From Lepidodermella squamata (lineage: Eukaryota > Animalia > Gastrotricha): a stretch of DNA of 64,000 nucleotides. The notes beneath the pieces were generated by a model that saw only the letters and a program-made list of their open reading frames with translations, did no database searches and had not been told where the DNA came from. Numbering within the stretch: position 1 is the stretch's first letter; every line of letters begins with the position of its first letter. Where the stretch lies: assembly GCA_047495785.1 (NCBI GenBank), contig JBLDXI010000013.1:744001-808000 (forward strand), in the 5' to 3' direction. A program made the translations under genes and the position numbers. Of the stretch, positions 12,099 to 25,561 are shown piece by piece.

Positions 12099-14351
12099 TG
12101 CTTTTGCGGATTAACGGATAATCAGCAAATAGTCGAGATTTCAATGTTAATATCCTCGGATTTCATGAAATTCAAATAAAATGATCTAAATATGAATTCC
12201 GTAATTGTAATCAAATTGAGCGAGAAATCATTAAGGCGGAATTCTAGCTCTGCCGAACGGCATGTTGCCCGGACAACTTAGGTCGAAGAACAATTCAAAT
12301 GATAAAGATCAAAGGCTCAGCAGTTATCTGTGCTTTCTCTCCGCTGAGCGGTGTTTTTCTAGCGGTCTAAGGAGGCACTGCTAGTTTCGGTTAATCCAGT
12401 GATAACCTCACTAACATCTTATCTCTCCCATGAGCCAAGGCCCCTCCAGTGAATTACCCGCGATTGCAGAACATCTCATTAAATAGAAGACAAGAGCAGG
12501 AGCATCGTAGCCTTACAGCGGATAACAGGATTCTCTAAATAAATCTGGAATAAGTATCACGGCAGGTTGACATCGCTAACGGATAATTTATAAAACATAC
12601 AAAAACGAATTTATTCTCTAGAACTAAGAAACAAAGAAAACCATAAAAAGGCTCGTCTGATTTTCAAACCGAATTCATAAGCAAGAGATGTAACATCACC
12701 CTATTCGCATATTCTAGGACAAAAATATTCCTTGCTGCCTGTTCGCGTTTCAATGTACAGTGAAATTTGGCGGTTCTCAATTCTCACGGTAATCCTAACA
12801 GACGTCCACTACTACACAATCCAGTTAGTAAAACAAGTTACAGGCAACAATCTTCGCCTTAGCAGCTGAAGTCGACAATCGAAGATATGAATAAAAACGA
12901 GGGTTGCTGATTTCAAACAGCCTTTGATATTCTATAAGCCATATAAAATGAGCATCAAGCCATCAAACTTGAAAGTTAACCAAATTGTACGATTAAGTTT
13001 GGAATACTGTATTGAAGGGAAAATGGAAAATGTAAGGGGAAAAGTATCCTAGGAATAAGAAATGAGAGATAAAATGAGAATTGGCATGGTGCAAATTAAT
13101 CCGAACCACGAAGATTAATATAGAGACATCGCCATAGTGTCTGACAGCGAAACAGCCATCAGCCAAAAAACATCTGCTTACCGCCAGCCTACGCTGAACA
13201 CACGAAACCGGCAGATTTTCGTCGAAGGCGGCGATTTTCAAAAAATTCCCGAAAAGCTGATTAAATATATAATCAATAAAATGTTAATATTTCAGTACAA
13301 ATATATAAAATATTCATTATTTTTATGACGCTTCTCAATCTAAATTTATTTCTTTGCCGTGGTAATTCTAAATCTGAGGAATTTTGGCCGACGCGATTCG
13401 CAACCGTGGACCTTGCTCATGCTTTTTCTACTTCAACGCATGTCCTGGTCAAAAAGTGGCACAAGAAATATTTGTCCTTTCTATTTATGTATGTTCAGCC
13501 CCATTTTGGGTGGTATCAAAAGGTAAGGCTTGATAGAGGATTGACATTATTTTAATGAGGAAGGGTCCATTGACCAGGGAAAGGGGAAAGACGGTTTTCG
13601 GGCGTTGATTTCATTCTGGCCGACCGGTTTCCTGATGTATTGCTCCACTAGTGCCACTAGTCTTGAACCAAAATCAATGAGCTGTAAGTGAAAGTTTTTC
13701 GCCATCTTCGCGTTCGGTTGCCTTCACGTCTTCGTCGTCTCTATTTTCTTTCCTTATACCACTTCGAAAGCGAGCGTACGTGAAAGTTGCGTCGACTCTC
13801 TTCTTCGGATCCGTCGACACCCGATGAACTAGAGCCCATTTCGTCGCGTTATCCTCGTCCGCGTCGATGTCATTTGTCGAAGTGCTGCAGATGATCTTAT
13901 ATAATCCGCACCGCGCGAAGGAGCTTCTTCTTTTCGATTTACGCTTGGATTTCGTGCTGTCGGACTGTATGAGCGAATCAATTCTGATACAACACGCCAA
14001 CCATTGATCAAATGCAGTCAATAATATTCAGTTTATTCTCCCACAGACTCATCTGCTGTCACAAGGTTGATTTTTCCCAGCTGCGCGAAAGCTCGCCCTT
14101 AATGACATCTGAACGCTCTTGAGGGGGCCATTCCTGCTCAATCGGCTACTATTAGTTCAACAAGTGCATTGCCCTGGTAGGTATCTTGAACATCAAACAC
14201 TTAATCTCAACTCATAATCTGCTCTGCAAATTTGTCACACAACGATTTACCCGCAAAAATAATTCGATTCAAACATTCCACGCACTCTGGAGATCAATGC
14301 AGGTTTTATTTCCAATGCAATATATGAAATCTTAACACGCAGCTTCCGCTT

Positions 14352-17300
14352 CTAAACGTATGTAAATTGAATACAATTAACCACGTTCTTATCAGGATCT
14401 TTGCCCGCTTTCGATGGAGATGCAGATCTTCTTAAATTTCTCGCATGGAGACTGGGAGACGGAGCGCTACCATTCTTTTTGAGCCAAACTTTAGGTGTTG
14501 CATTTGACGAGGAGTGGCGTATAAAATTGGGTATTATTGCCGCTGAATCGACTGGAGAAACTACGGTATCGTCCATGGAGTAGTCATCACACATTGGCTT
14601 GAAGGCTCCATTCTCCAAGTGGCAACCATTTGGTACAGTCGCAACAGTTGCGTTTCGAACACCATTGCCAATATCTTTTCTCAGTACACCAGGAGACCCA
14701 TTAGTTACGTAGCCAACATCAGGCAAAGATTCCTCGCCGCGGACATGAATCAACGTGGGTCGGTTGACGGTTTTGAACAGAGGAGACACGTCACCGTTGC
14801 GATAAACTGGCTTATGTTCGCTGCCACTGCTTACATCATCAGCCGCTCGAGATGAGTGCGTTGAATTCAAAGTATTCGTTCCTGAGTTCGGCGATTTGCA
14901 TGAGGATTCAGAACGGCTTTTCGAGGGTGTAGCCATGCCATTCAGGTCAAGATGCACATCTACGGTGTTGGCTAAAATGCCATTCAGTGGTATAAAAGGT
15001 TCATGCGCTTCAAATGCCATTGACTTTGATTTCTCAGCCGTACAAACAGAAGCGTCAGCAGGAAGAGACAACGCTTGCTGACTATTAGGTGCGCCAATCT
15101 GCATCGATTTAGCGCGGTTAACTTCGTCTCGAAGGCTGTCAATCTGCTCCTGGAGTTTACTGAGCTGAGGCAATAACGTTTGCTCTTCTTCGTTGATGGG
15201 CTTTTTGTCTTTCAATGAACTCTTCAGAGCAGACGGTCGTTCCTTAGCTTCGTTCGCTTTGGCTTCCGGAGTATCCAGTGGAGACGACGAGTTGTTGAAA
15301 CTGCTGTTATACGGGATTGGCTGAACAGGCAATGTCGTACTTGGATCGCCATCGCAACTCGGCAAATCGGCCGTGCCACTGCTCAGTTGCCTGGCTACAG
15401 AGCGTTTGTTTTGCGAGAAGCCCGTGGGCGCCGTCATGCTTGTTTTCGAAGCTAGAGCTGGCACAAAGCGGCGAGGCTTGTGGGATTCACGAGTTTCTCC
15501 TGCTTTCATAGATCGGACAAGATGGTACACTTTGCTTGCAAACAAAAAAGCGATTGTTCCAGTAACGGTCAGTTGTGTGTGTATAAACACGAGTATATAA
15601 AAAAGGTTAGGATTTCCGCTACTGTGTAGGAAGAACCTGAGCCGAATTCAAAACGTTAGCAATGATAAAAAATAAACTGGCAAGAAATATTTACATGCTG
15701 ATATTGAAAAATATCGAAAGAATAGTTTCGTTGTAAATGGCCCAACTGATGAATCTACTTTCGTTGAACTCTGATGGTGTTTTGTGGGTCAAAATTGATA
15801 GCCAAATTCCCCAAAGAAGAAACAGCAGTTTGCCTGAGGATGAAACAACGTTGTGAAGCTATAAGTCAAGCTCATGAAATGAACTTACATCCTGCAACGC
15901 TGAAATCCCACGCGTCAAAGCTACACGCGTAAGTTTTCATGCCACTTGAGTGCCTGACCATTTCGACATCGGGCCGTCCAATGATTGTTCGCAATGTGCA
16001 AAATGCAACGAAAGCCGACACTACCAAGCCTATTCGTTTCAGCAGCATCATATCAGTGATTTTAACGTTCCGATGCTTAGTCGGACGGAAAACGACGGCG
16101 ATTCTAGGAAATAAAATTCAAGAGTAATTTCTCGTGCCTACATTTCCGAAGACCTACCTCCATGTCTTGAAAAGAATGGACGCATAAATAACGGCAAAGC
16201 CGATTTCTCGTGGCCAAAATTGCAGCGTGCACAGAACTGGGGAAGGTTCGAAAAAGTGAACGATCATAGGAGTGTAGGACAGCATGGCCCCGCCGAGTAT
16301 GATTTGCAAAAGTAAAGGACTAGCAGCTTTGATCGCTTTGAAGTCTTGAAACATCCGGACGAAAATGGACCATCCAATGACAGAAAGCATGATAACACCC
16401 GTTATCGATATCAGAATTATTCTCAGAACCCAGCTGATTGGAAAAAGGCATGGCCTGGGAAATTCGATGAAAAAAATTAGTAAGGAAATCGTCACAAAAA
16501 AACCACGCGAAATTGTCATTTTGTCCTGATGAATCAACTATAAGCGCTTTCCGAAATTCCGAAATATTTCCTCTCTGTCATGTGCAAATGGCTCTGGATT
16601 GTGTCATGGGAAGAGGTATCACAAGGAAGTAGGTGCTGGTGCTAAGTAAAGTCGTTAACCGGTCCTCAATTAATAATGCGAAGGTCTCCAAGGCAAATTT
16701 AAATTATATAAAATAATTATTATAGGAAAATTCGATTGAACCAATGGAAATGAAAACCAAAGCCTCAGTACAATAGAGATACATAATCGAAGAATTTTTT
16801 AAATAAAACCAAGCAGTCTCCAACTTAATTAATTAAAACAATATCTTACAGTGAACTTACCATTGCAAAGTGGAGAAATGAAAAACAGTCATGAATTGCA
16901 TTAAATTTGTGCTCAGTGAATTTCATTCATCAAATGCGTGATCAACTCTCCGTTAGGTACAAAACAAACAATAGCGATTTTTTTTAATCGAATCTCACCT
17001 TCCATCCTCGCAGGTGTCACAACCTGGCGCGCAAGGCTGACAGTCGAAGCCATTTTCGTATAAATTGAGCTGCCCATCCTGCATTTTATCAAACTCCTCT
17101 TCGACCTGCGTTCCGTTATAAAAGTAAGTCCGTGCAGATTCGTCGAATTGCCGCCTCGCTGAGGCGGGACTATAAAATCCTGGCTTGCAGTAACATCTGT
17201 AAGATCCACGTTGGAATCCAAGGCCTGCTATTGGAGAGCACTAAACAGAAAACGATCCTGAATAAGTAAACACGACTTATTTTGAGGATACTCACCACTG

Positions 17301-18568
17301 TCGATGGGCGGCATTTGTGGGTGTCTGCGAACACGTTAACTTCTCCTGAGAATTTATCCTTATCACTTGAGCACTGATTTATGTCTACTTGCATCAGATC
17401 AATGTCAATACCACTCGTTCCTCTGCAAGAAAAAACCGGAAGTAGCAAGCATTTCCACGCTTCAAAAGTTCTTACTTGAAAGCATAACTCCGTTGCAGCC
17501 GGTCGTAGCCGAAAAATGGAACTGTGTAGGTGATCATCCAAATGTTCCCACCGCCACAATCGTAGTAAGGCAACGACCAATGACCGTCTTCGTAGTTGAC
17601 GACTAGCGTACTGTAGGTTTTGTTGACGTCATCGTTGGGCAAGAAAAAACTGACCACAGCTGGAAAAACGAAAATAATGTTGGTTAGAATGTCCTTCGAA
17701 CCTCAAAATTGAGGTCAAATTCAATTATTCTTTCTTTATATGAATTTTTTAATATTTTATCTGCCATCCATCAGCTTTTGGTGGCTGCGAGCCTTATTAT
17801 TTTCTTTCCGTAATCTCGCCAAACTAGACTAGTGCAAAAGCTCTCGGCTAGGCTATAAAATCTTTAGACGTTTCATAACAGACGACTGCGCTAATTTAAG
17901 TATTAATCCCAGGATAGTCGTCCCAAATTTCAGGTCAAAGAAATCGATTTTCTCGACCAAGTGAGAGCGGATAAATAAAAAAACTTACATTCTTTACGAG
18001 ATCGAGTATTATTAATTATGCGAAGGCCAATTCTCCTGATTTCATGGAACCATTCGTGTTCTGTGGTCAGCTCATTTTCGTAATGATGCGTTTTGGCGAG
18101 ATCTTTCACTATAATAGTGCCATCTTTCTTGTTGCGAAAAGCATAAGGACAGAAAATTCCGAACGATTTGAACTGGTTAAAGTCGTAGCAGTTGCCAGCA
18201 GCGAATATGTCATCATCGCTCTCGACCAGGTTGGAAACCAACCAGTAGAGCACGGATTCTCGGTACAGATAATCAGGGTTGTACTTCCACAAATAAGTCA
18301 GCAGATTAGCCCGGGTGACGGCGATCATAGCTTGGCGCTTGAATCGCTCACGGGCCAAGCCTTGTACGACGCCCGGGCCGAGATTTTCCATACTGCAGTT
18401 GTCCGGTTTCGTTGCGGACATGCGGCGAAGGAAGGAATCGATGTCTGACTGCTGGCGGTTGGTGAAACTGTTGGTTCCATCTCCGCAGAAGCACAATTGT
18501 AAGATCGCTAGAATTAGGCACACTCCAAGCTGCGTTGCTAAACTTCTACGCCGGCTAGTTACGAGCAT
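14352..18568 (-). CDS. GPR158/GPR179-like class C orphan GPCR, 8 exons, ~1022 aa
   Basis: Exons 17989-18568, 17476-17659, 17296-17422, 16999-17240, 16158-16454, 15889-16103, 15695-15833, 14352-15636 join in frame. Signal peptide; GHWSLPYYDCGGGNIWMITYTVPFFG; DINQC; EGF-like GLGFQRGSYRCYCKPGFY; CAPGCDTC; 7TM_3 motifs IKAASPLLL, REIGFAVIYASILFKTWR, PSEFNESRFISWAIYNE; C-terminal TYV. Confidence 0.9.
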
Positions 18569-20275
18569 TCGCGTAACTTGTCATTGAAGATTCGGATGTT
18601 AAGTTTCGCGAGCGCTGTAAGATGAATGCTGACGAGGCGCGCCGTTGCGTTGTGTTTGTCCACCGTTAATATTTAACGCGCGATGGTTTGTCTTTTATAA
18701 ATATTCGTCGACTAGAGCAATAAAAATTTATTAAAAGCCTATAAGATAGGAATGCGCAAAAATGATAATGAAATCTTGCTGCTGAAACAATGTTGCGTAA
18801 ATGGTAATAACAAAGCAAAAATAATAACAACAAAACAACAAATCGATAACAGGGCGCCTGCAAATGGCGCGGGTGACGCTGATGGGAAAAACGGAGTTCT
18901 GATGATGTCGGCTCGTTGACAAGATTTGAGATATTATGCAACTTGCTGTTGCACCAGATAAAATAACATACGACGTATCATAATTATACTATATGAATGC
19001 GCATCGGAATATGATATTAGCGAGGATCTGGTTTTATTAAAAAAAAATTACGCGCGGGTGTTGTCAATTTTCTTAAAGAACTGCATAATCTCTAGGCAGG
19101 TATAGCTGTCAAGATTTTTATAATGAGCTTACTATATTTTTTACAACTATTTCTACATACCATTGCGTGCTTGGTGTCGCAGTTGTAATACGCAATGACT
19201 CGTATAGTATTTAGCCGTTTGAGTCTATTCAGTAGGGACATTCGGAACTACGTTTTTTATAATAAAAATGATATGTGTTGGAGCCGCGTAACAGAATAAA
19301 ATTTTGACAGCATCGTGAATGAAAACACGGTGATACAAATTTGACAGAGATAGTTGAAAGCAGACGGCATTCGATTAGAATTATTACACGGCATAGCATC
19401 ACATTGACCTAAGGAATAGGAAAATTATGGAGAAATTAGCGGCTAATTATTAGCCAGCGATACTTACCTGCTGGACTGAGGCAGAAAGGAGGTCACAAAT
19501 ATCGATGAATATAAATTATGTTTGATGCTGCGATTAGTAGGTATCAATAATTTTTTGCGCGCTTCCTACTGTGATGGAGCGCTGATTTCCAACTTAGCAG
19601 TCGTTGTTGTGTAGCGTAAATAAGGCGCGCCAGGTCGGTCGGGGCGGAACACTATTTATGCCGATGTAATTTACTACGCAAATGTGCGAAAGTATCCAGG
19701 TAGTATATTAGCAATACCTTATATTAGGTCTAGTGGCGCCCCGCATCTTAGACGAGAAAGTATTCCGCAATATGAAAGAGGTGAGAAAATAACAATAACA
19801 CTACGGAGACGATTAAAATATTCGAAAGCCGCATGAAAGTTATAATCACCTTTCACGAAATCACTTCTGCCCTTTATTATAAGGCGATTATACTAGCCTA
19901 TAGTGCCAGGACAACATGCATTAATTTACTTCTGAATAAAAGTAAATAACAACAGCTTAGCGAGGTAAATGAGAAAATATTTTAACTGTTAATATCATTT
20001 CCCTGGGCAACAATATTTTCGAAAATTGTTTATGCAAATTAAATTGTTGAGCGATAACTATTACACAGTGCGCATACTTATATAAATAATAATAATAATC
20101 CACACTGTTGAGCGCGTTTAGGCAGTAGCGTTTGTGTAGCTACTACAGACATCAACGCGCAGGAATTGATTTCGGCTACATTCGCTGCATGCGCGAAGAG
20201 GCGTTTGCCTCTTTTTACGGCGGGGATGATCACAGTTACGATCCGGATTTTTTAATTCTGCTAATCAGAACGATA

Positions 20276-20722
20276 ATGTGTGAATGTATAGATATTCGAT
20301 ACAACAAGCATTCTTGTTTTTCACATTACGGTAAAAAATGACGCCCCACGTTTTCATCCTGCGGGAGAAATTCTCGAAATTAAAAGTTAGACGGAAATAG
20401 CCGAAGAAGACTGGTCAAACGTCTGGCGCACTTTCTTCGTACCTATGATGATTTGCGTCGGGATTTTTTTCACCCGAGGGGATTTGTTCAAATGAAAGCA
20501 AAAAGTAATTACAAAGATTGTCGCGCAGTGCAAGTGCTCAAAGAATATCGGGAAAGGAATTTTGCGCTGAAATTAGACGCTGCGCGTAGGAACTTAATCC
20601 CACCGGATGACCTTGAAAATATTGTTCAAAAGAAAAGGCTTCCTCCTGTGTTGAATCCCATCCCCCAGCCAGACTCCTGGTATTTCGAAGCCGGAGAAGA
20701 AAGAAGAGGTACCAATTGGTGA
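20276..20722 (+). CDS. Putative 2-exon orphan protein, ~128 aa
   Basis: Exon 20276-20330, a 60-nt GT-AG intron and exon 20391-20722 join in frame (MCECIDIRYNKHSCFSHYDGNSRRRLVKRLAHFLRTYDDLRRDFFHPRG...). No recognisable domain. Confidence 0.4.
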
Positions 20723-23700
20723 TGACATACTGTTTATAGGGTGTTGCATTCAAATTGGAAGGAACCTGGTAGTCTAGACAGGATTTTATTCGCGCACCCA
20801 CTAGAAAAAAATATAGCGGCCGACGGAAGTAACGAAAACCAGGCGTGATATAATTTAAGAGAGATCATAACAAAAAACTGGGAGTTTGGCAGATAGGCTT
20901 GCCAAAGTTTCTAGCTTAGCGTCCTAATTTACGTTGAAAGTACTTTCTCGCTGATTGTGTTTGGCGCGAACATTTAAGCAGGATATGTTGTAGGAGGCGG
21001 CGACGAAATGTGATGCAGAAAGCAGCAACATCATCATCCGCATCGCAGCATACTGACGCTGTTGGGCGAGGTGTGCGCTTAGAAAGATGCGCGATGACAT
21101 ACGTATGTTTATTTCGCGCAAAGTGCCGCGCGCGCTGGCTTCAGCTACCTGTTCGCGATGCCAGCGGTTGTTTATTACCTTTCCGCGAAAAGCCATCATC
21201 GCATGTCAGCTTAATTAACAGCGATAATATTTACTTACCTACCATTCCTTGCTATATAGAAGCTGATTAAGGTACCTACTTATCACTAGCTCAATGTTTT
21301 ACATTAGATGCTAAAACAGCAAAATAAAGAATATAAAAGAGTCTTAATATATGACTTGAACTTGGAAAAACAGGAAGCTCGTACAGGAAACGCATCGACC
21401 GAACGATTTTTTTTAACAGCGCCCGGTGCGATCGAATTGAATCAATGCTTTCTGGCGCACAAAAATCCGCAGACAATTAATTCAAGAGAGAATTTCCGTC
21501 TTAAATTTGAGATTGCGAGCGCACCTTGCACATTTTAATTTCACGCTCACTGCGCATGTCGTGGCAGAAACAAGAACAGTCAGCTTTTTATTGAAACACG
21601 AGATGATAGACGCTCATGCAATAAGGACTTGTGAATCAGACGTGGAACAGGCGTCTGGCGAACACGCGCGTCGAATTATTGCGAGCGATGCAAAATGATG
21701 ATTTCCGGATTTAGGGCATCACAACACTTGATGGCAACACGCAGTACCAACGGCCCAAACGAACGCGCGCCTTGATAGTTTCCATTTAGCAATAAAAACT
21801 GTCTATTCTTATTAAAAGTATAGTTGAAAGTTGTTGCATCGTTCCGAGGCCTAAATAAACAGAGCAATTAATAGATCATCTATACCAATATAGGCGCGTG
21901 TTGCCTATTTGGATGTATCGCATTGTTATTGCGCGCTGGCCTGGACATATGTTTCGCACATGAGTGAAGTTCTCTAATAAACACAAGACGCAGGGGTTAC
22001 TGCAATACTGTTCAGCAAAATTTGATGATCAAATCATCATCGCCATTACGTTATTTGTCATACAGCATCATCAACAGCGTCAACACACACACGCGCGCGG
22101 CTTGAAATGAGATTTTTGATAATGAAGATAATGAAGAACTATTGGTTGCCTACTCTCTATATGCGCGCTCTCGGCGCCTTAAGAACTCGATTAGCAATAA
22201 TGGTAATGGCATTATGTCGCTCATTTTGTCGTCGACAACGACGGCTGCCGACGACAGATCATGCCGACGCTGGCCACAGCGACGGGCATTGGGGACTCGC
22301 TTGAAATTAATAATCGCAAAATGGGGCAGGATTCTAGATAAAAACAGCAAATTTGACAATTTCTGTAATGAAAAATGAATGTAAGAAGGTTGCGCGAAAA
22401 ACTCCCTAGCTACATATATCAAAATTGCGCAAAATATATCATCAAAAAAGACACATCAACGGAACTAATAATATGTATATGGGTCGTTTTTTGTATATAA
22501 ATCACCGCTGTATACGCAGCGCCGTAAAAAAAAGATGCGCACTTTTATTTGCGCGGACGAATATTATGATATTGTAATGGAAACGTTTTGTCACTGGGAT
22601 TGAAAACGATCAATTGACGATGTGGGCCACCACCTGGGAATCGACCGCACCCCGTTGCCAGATAAAAGTAAAAAAAGCGTGATTTTTTTATACAATCCAT
22701 ATCGGCACATTGTCATCGACCTGCCGCCTTTCCCATAAATCATTAATATAACTAAAATAAAATCGTTGGAAAGTCGAAAAAGTGGAGCTGATATTGCCAG
22801 ATCTAGATTAATCAGCCAAATATTTGAACTCTATTCGGGGTGACTTTTTTATTCCCATGCACGTCTGTGCATGATAAATCTAAGTATATCGATTTTTTCT
22901 TCGGATTGAAGTTCTTCGCAAATCCCTCGATGACATATGATGCTAAAAAACCGATCTACCTATGGGAATAATAGGTGAGCACCCTAATTTGGAATTCTCA
23001 AGTATACTGTGCTGAATAAGGTAAAAAAAACTTCGCAGCAATGAATTGCACTGCGTTTTTTCATACGTAAGTAGAAGCCTTATGAAAGCGCAGATGGGAA
23101 AACAGCAGAGTGCCGCTAACAATTATTAGAAAATTGGTTTATTTGTAATTAAAAGCCGCAAACAGCAGTTTCCTCAACTTTAAGATAAACTGCTGCTTTC
23201 ATACTATGTCGCCATATGCGTATCATCGGTGCCGAAAGTTGCGCGAAAATAGTAATAAGAATCTTCCAAAAACAATAACTCGTAGATAAATAAAAAAATT
23301 ATGACATGCACGCACGAGCGGCGGAGCGTAGACGGAGCACACGAAAATTAAGTGCGGATATACTTTTACTAGATCTTGTCATTAAAATTGCCATGTATAT
23401 AAAACAGCGGCGTCACCAATTTTTCTGTTTTGAGCGCGTTTGAAACTACTGCCCAGTGTCCCTTCAGCGAGGCCTTTGTTTCGTGAAGCGAAAGAGTAAC
23501 ATATGATAAGATTATAATACGCGCTAGAATAAACTTGTTGAGTCAAAAGTTGTCGAGGCTTCACCTACAGACTATATTTCATTGGCAAAGAATGAGGAAT
23601 AAGTTACAGCTAAGTGCCGGAACTCATTTTCCGCGCTGGAAATAATAAGGAAGAGACGTAAGTATAACGAAGTCACATGGTTACATTGATGCATTTGCCA

Positions 23701-23997
23701 AGCGCTGCATTGATTTCGCTGCAGATGACAGCTCGTTTTTTGCAATTCGATTTTGAGAGAAATGTCTCTTTTTACATTTGAATGCGATGTTTTCGGAAAA
23801 AACGTACGTGCTTCAGGTATGAGGTCAGTGATGCATGAAAATATGAAATCAAATATATTAAACACTGGTCTCGGAGAACGCGCGCATGTGCGTAATCATG
23901 TTTTTTTTATTTCATGAAAAAATGATTGCCAAAATTTATAAATATCAGTACGAGAGAATGCTAAGCCACTCGTAATAGACACAGTGTGTCGGCGTAC

Positions 23998-24035
23998 TTA
24001 TTGTATCGTATTATTGTATCGTATTATTGTATCGT
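23998..24035. repeat. Short tandem repeat, 13-bp unit TTATTGTATCGTA x ~3
   Basis: Directly visible, immediately downstream of the SP1 stop codon. Confidence 0.85.
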
Positions 24036-24037
24036 CA

Positions 24038-25429
24038 TCAGCCCAAGGCGGCGATAGGCTCATAACGGGAAAATTGGCGCATGGTCTGATCGATCCAAGG
24101 ACGCGCAATGCAAACCTGTTATTTTTAACACATCAAAACGTGTGAAAAAAATCGCAGTCTACAAGACAGAAAAAACACGCGCATATATACGTACATTGGA
24201 ATATGCGGAGTAAGAATCAGGCCGACCGCAGCTGGGTGGGTGCGAGCTGATGCCAGCAAGAACATACCGCCCGCTATCAACGCACATCAGTGGCGAGCCG
24301 ATATCATTCTATAAAGGACAAGGTTTGTTTTTCAAGAATTAATTATTAAAAGAAGAAAGTAATGAGCTTCTCATCAATTTCTTACGTTGCATAAATCAAT
24401 ACCGCCCTGAGGATAGCCAGCGCATATGTGATCTCGGCTAAAGTTGAACATTGCCAGATTGGCGGAGGCGAATGCCAAGTGGCAGTTTCTAGCCGAAACC
24501 AGCGGAACGTAGGCCTTGCGAAGGTAAAACGGCGCCTCCTCTTCGACGCCAGGTTGCGTTGAACCCCAACCGGCAATTTCCAATCTGCGCTGCTCTTCAT
24601 TCGTGCACGGCGATTCACAGGCAGAACTTGGCAAGCAAATCGGCTGAGCCACGTAATTGGAAAAATCAAAGGTAACTGTTCCAAAATAATGGTATTCATC
24701 AAGCCGGTTATTGTCAGCGAAATACCTGGAAGCTTCAACAAGCCGAAATTGTACGCATTTGTCGCTGAATTGAACATCGGATGAATGTGAACGTCAGAGT
24801 AGCTTATTGAGAATTTATTAGTCCTGTTTCCGTTGAATACTGATTCCACGGAAAGGGCAGTATTTTCTGCTACCGTGACCACTATATTGCCCTGGTAGGG
24901 GCCAGATTGGAGGCAAGATGCCGGCGTCAAGATCCATTGAGTGTCAATGATTGAACCTGTGCAAAAATACTTTCCCCTTGAACTAGAATCAAACAGAACC
25001 CGGACCATCCAAGGATATTCATCCTATATTACGAAGGATTATCAAAAATGAGGGACTTTGAGTCGCGGTTAATTACGATCTTAGCCAAATCGCCTCCCAC
25101 TAGGTTGCTGCGAAAAAACTGGGTGTTTCGATTACCAAGCGGAAGTCCAGGATTATAGTATTTCTAGTGCAAACAAGTTAAATTTTTTATATATTCTATC
25201 AGCAAAATCGATATCTAACGGTGTGGCCGCATTCAGGTTGAGTTGGATTCAACGCTGCTGGGGTATAGGCGACATTTTTTATATAGCTGACAGTCGGCTC
25301 TGTCTCTTGAACGTAAGCGACCGGTCGCGGGGTAGTAGCACCTGATTGCCAGCCGTTGAAAGACGAGCATGCTAGTGAACAAATCGGCCACGATATAAGC
25401 AACAGCCAATCAATGAGAAATCGAACCAT
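24038..25429 (-). CDS. SP1: S1A serine protease homologue, catalytically dead
   Basis: Spliced model. Signal peptide ending SLA|CSS; CGHTKYY; SN|LVGG; TPASC (His57 lost), YNFGLLKL (Asp102 to Asn), CNNDIGSPL (Ser195 to Ile). Confidence 0.85.
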
Positions 25430-25561
25430 GTCAAAAATTAAGAAGAAATCCTTGCGCACGTTTATTATAAAGGGAAATTGCCCAAGGCCTAGCAGTTTTT
25501 ATTTCACTTTGTCGGAATCAAAATAGCGGAGTAGAAATATTTTTAGGATTTATTGTCATAA

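Noticed and set aside
25108-25135. Apparent 28-nt GT-AG intron in SP1
   Set aside because: Reading through keeps the frame and yields SNLVGG, so no intron is needed.
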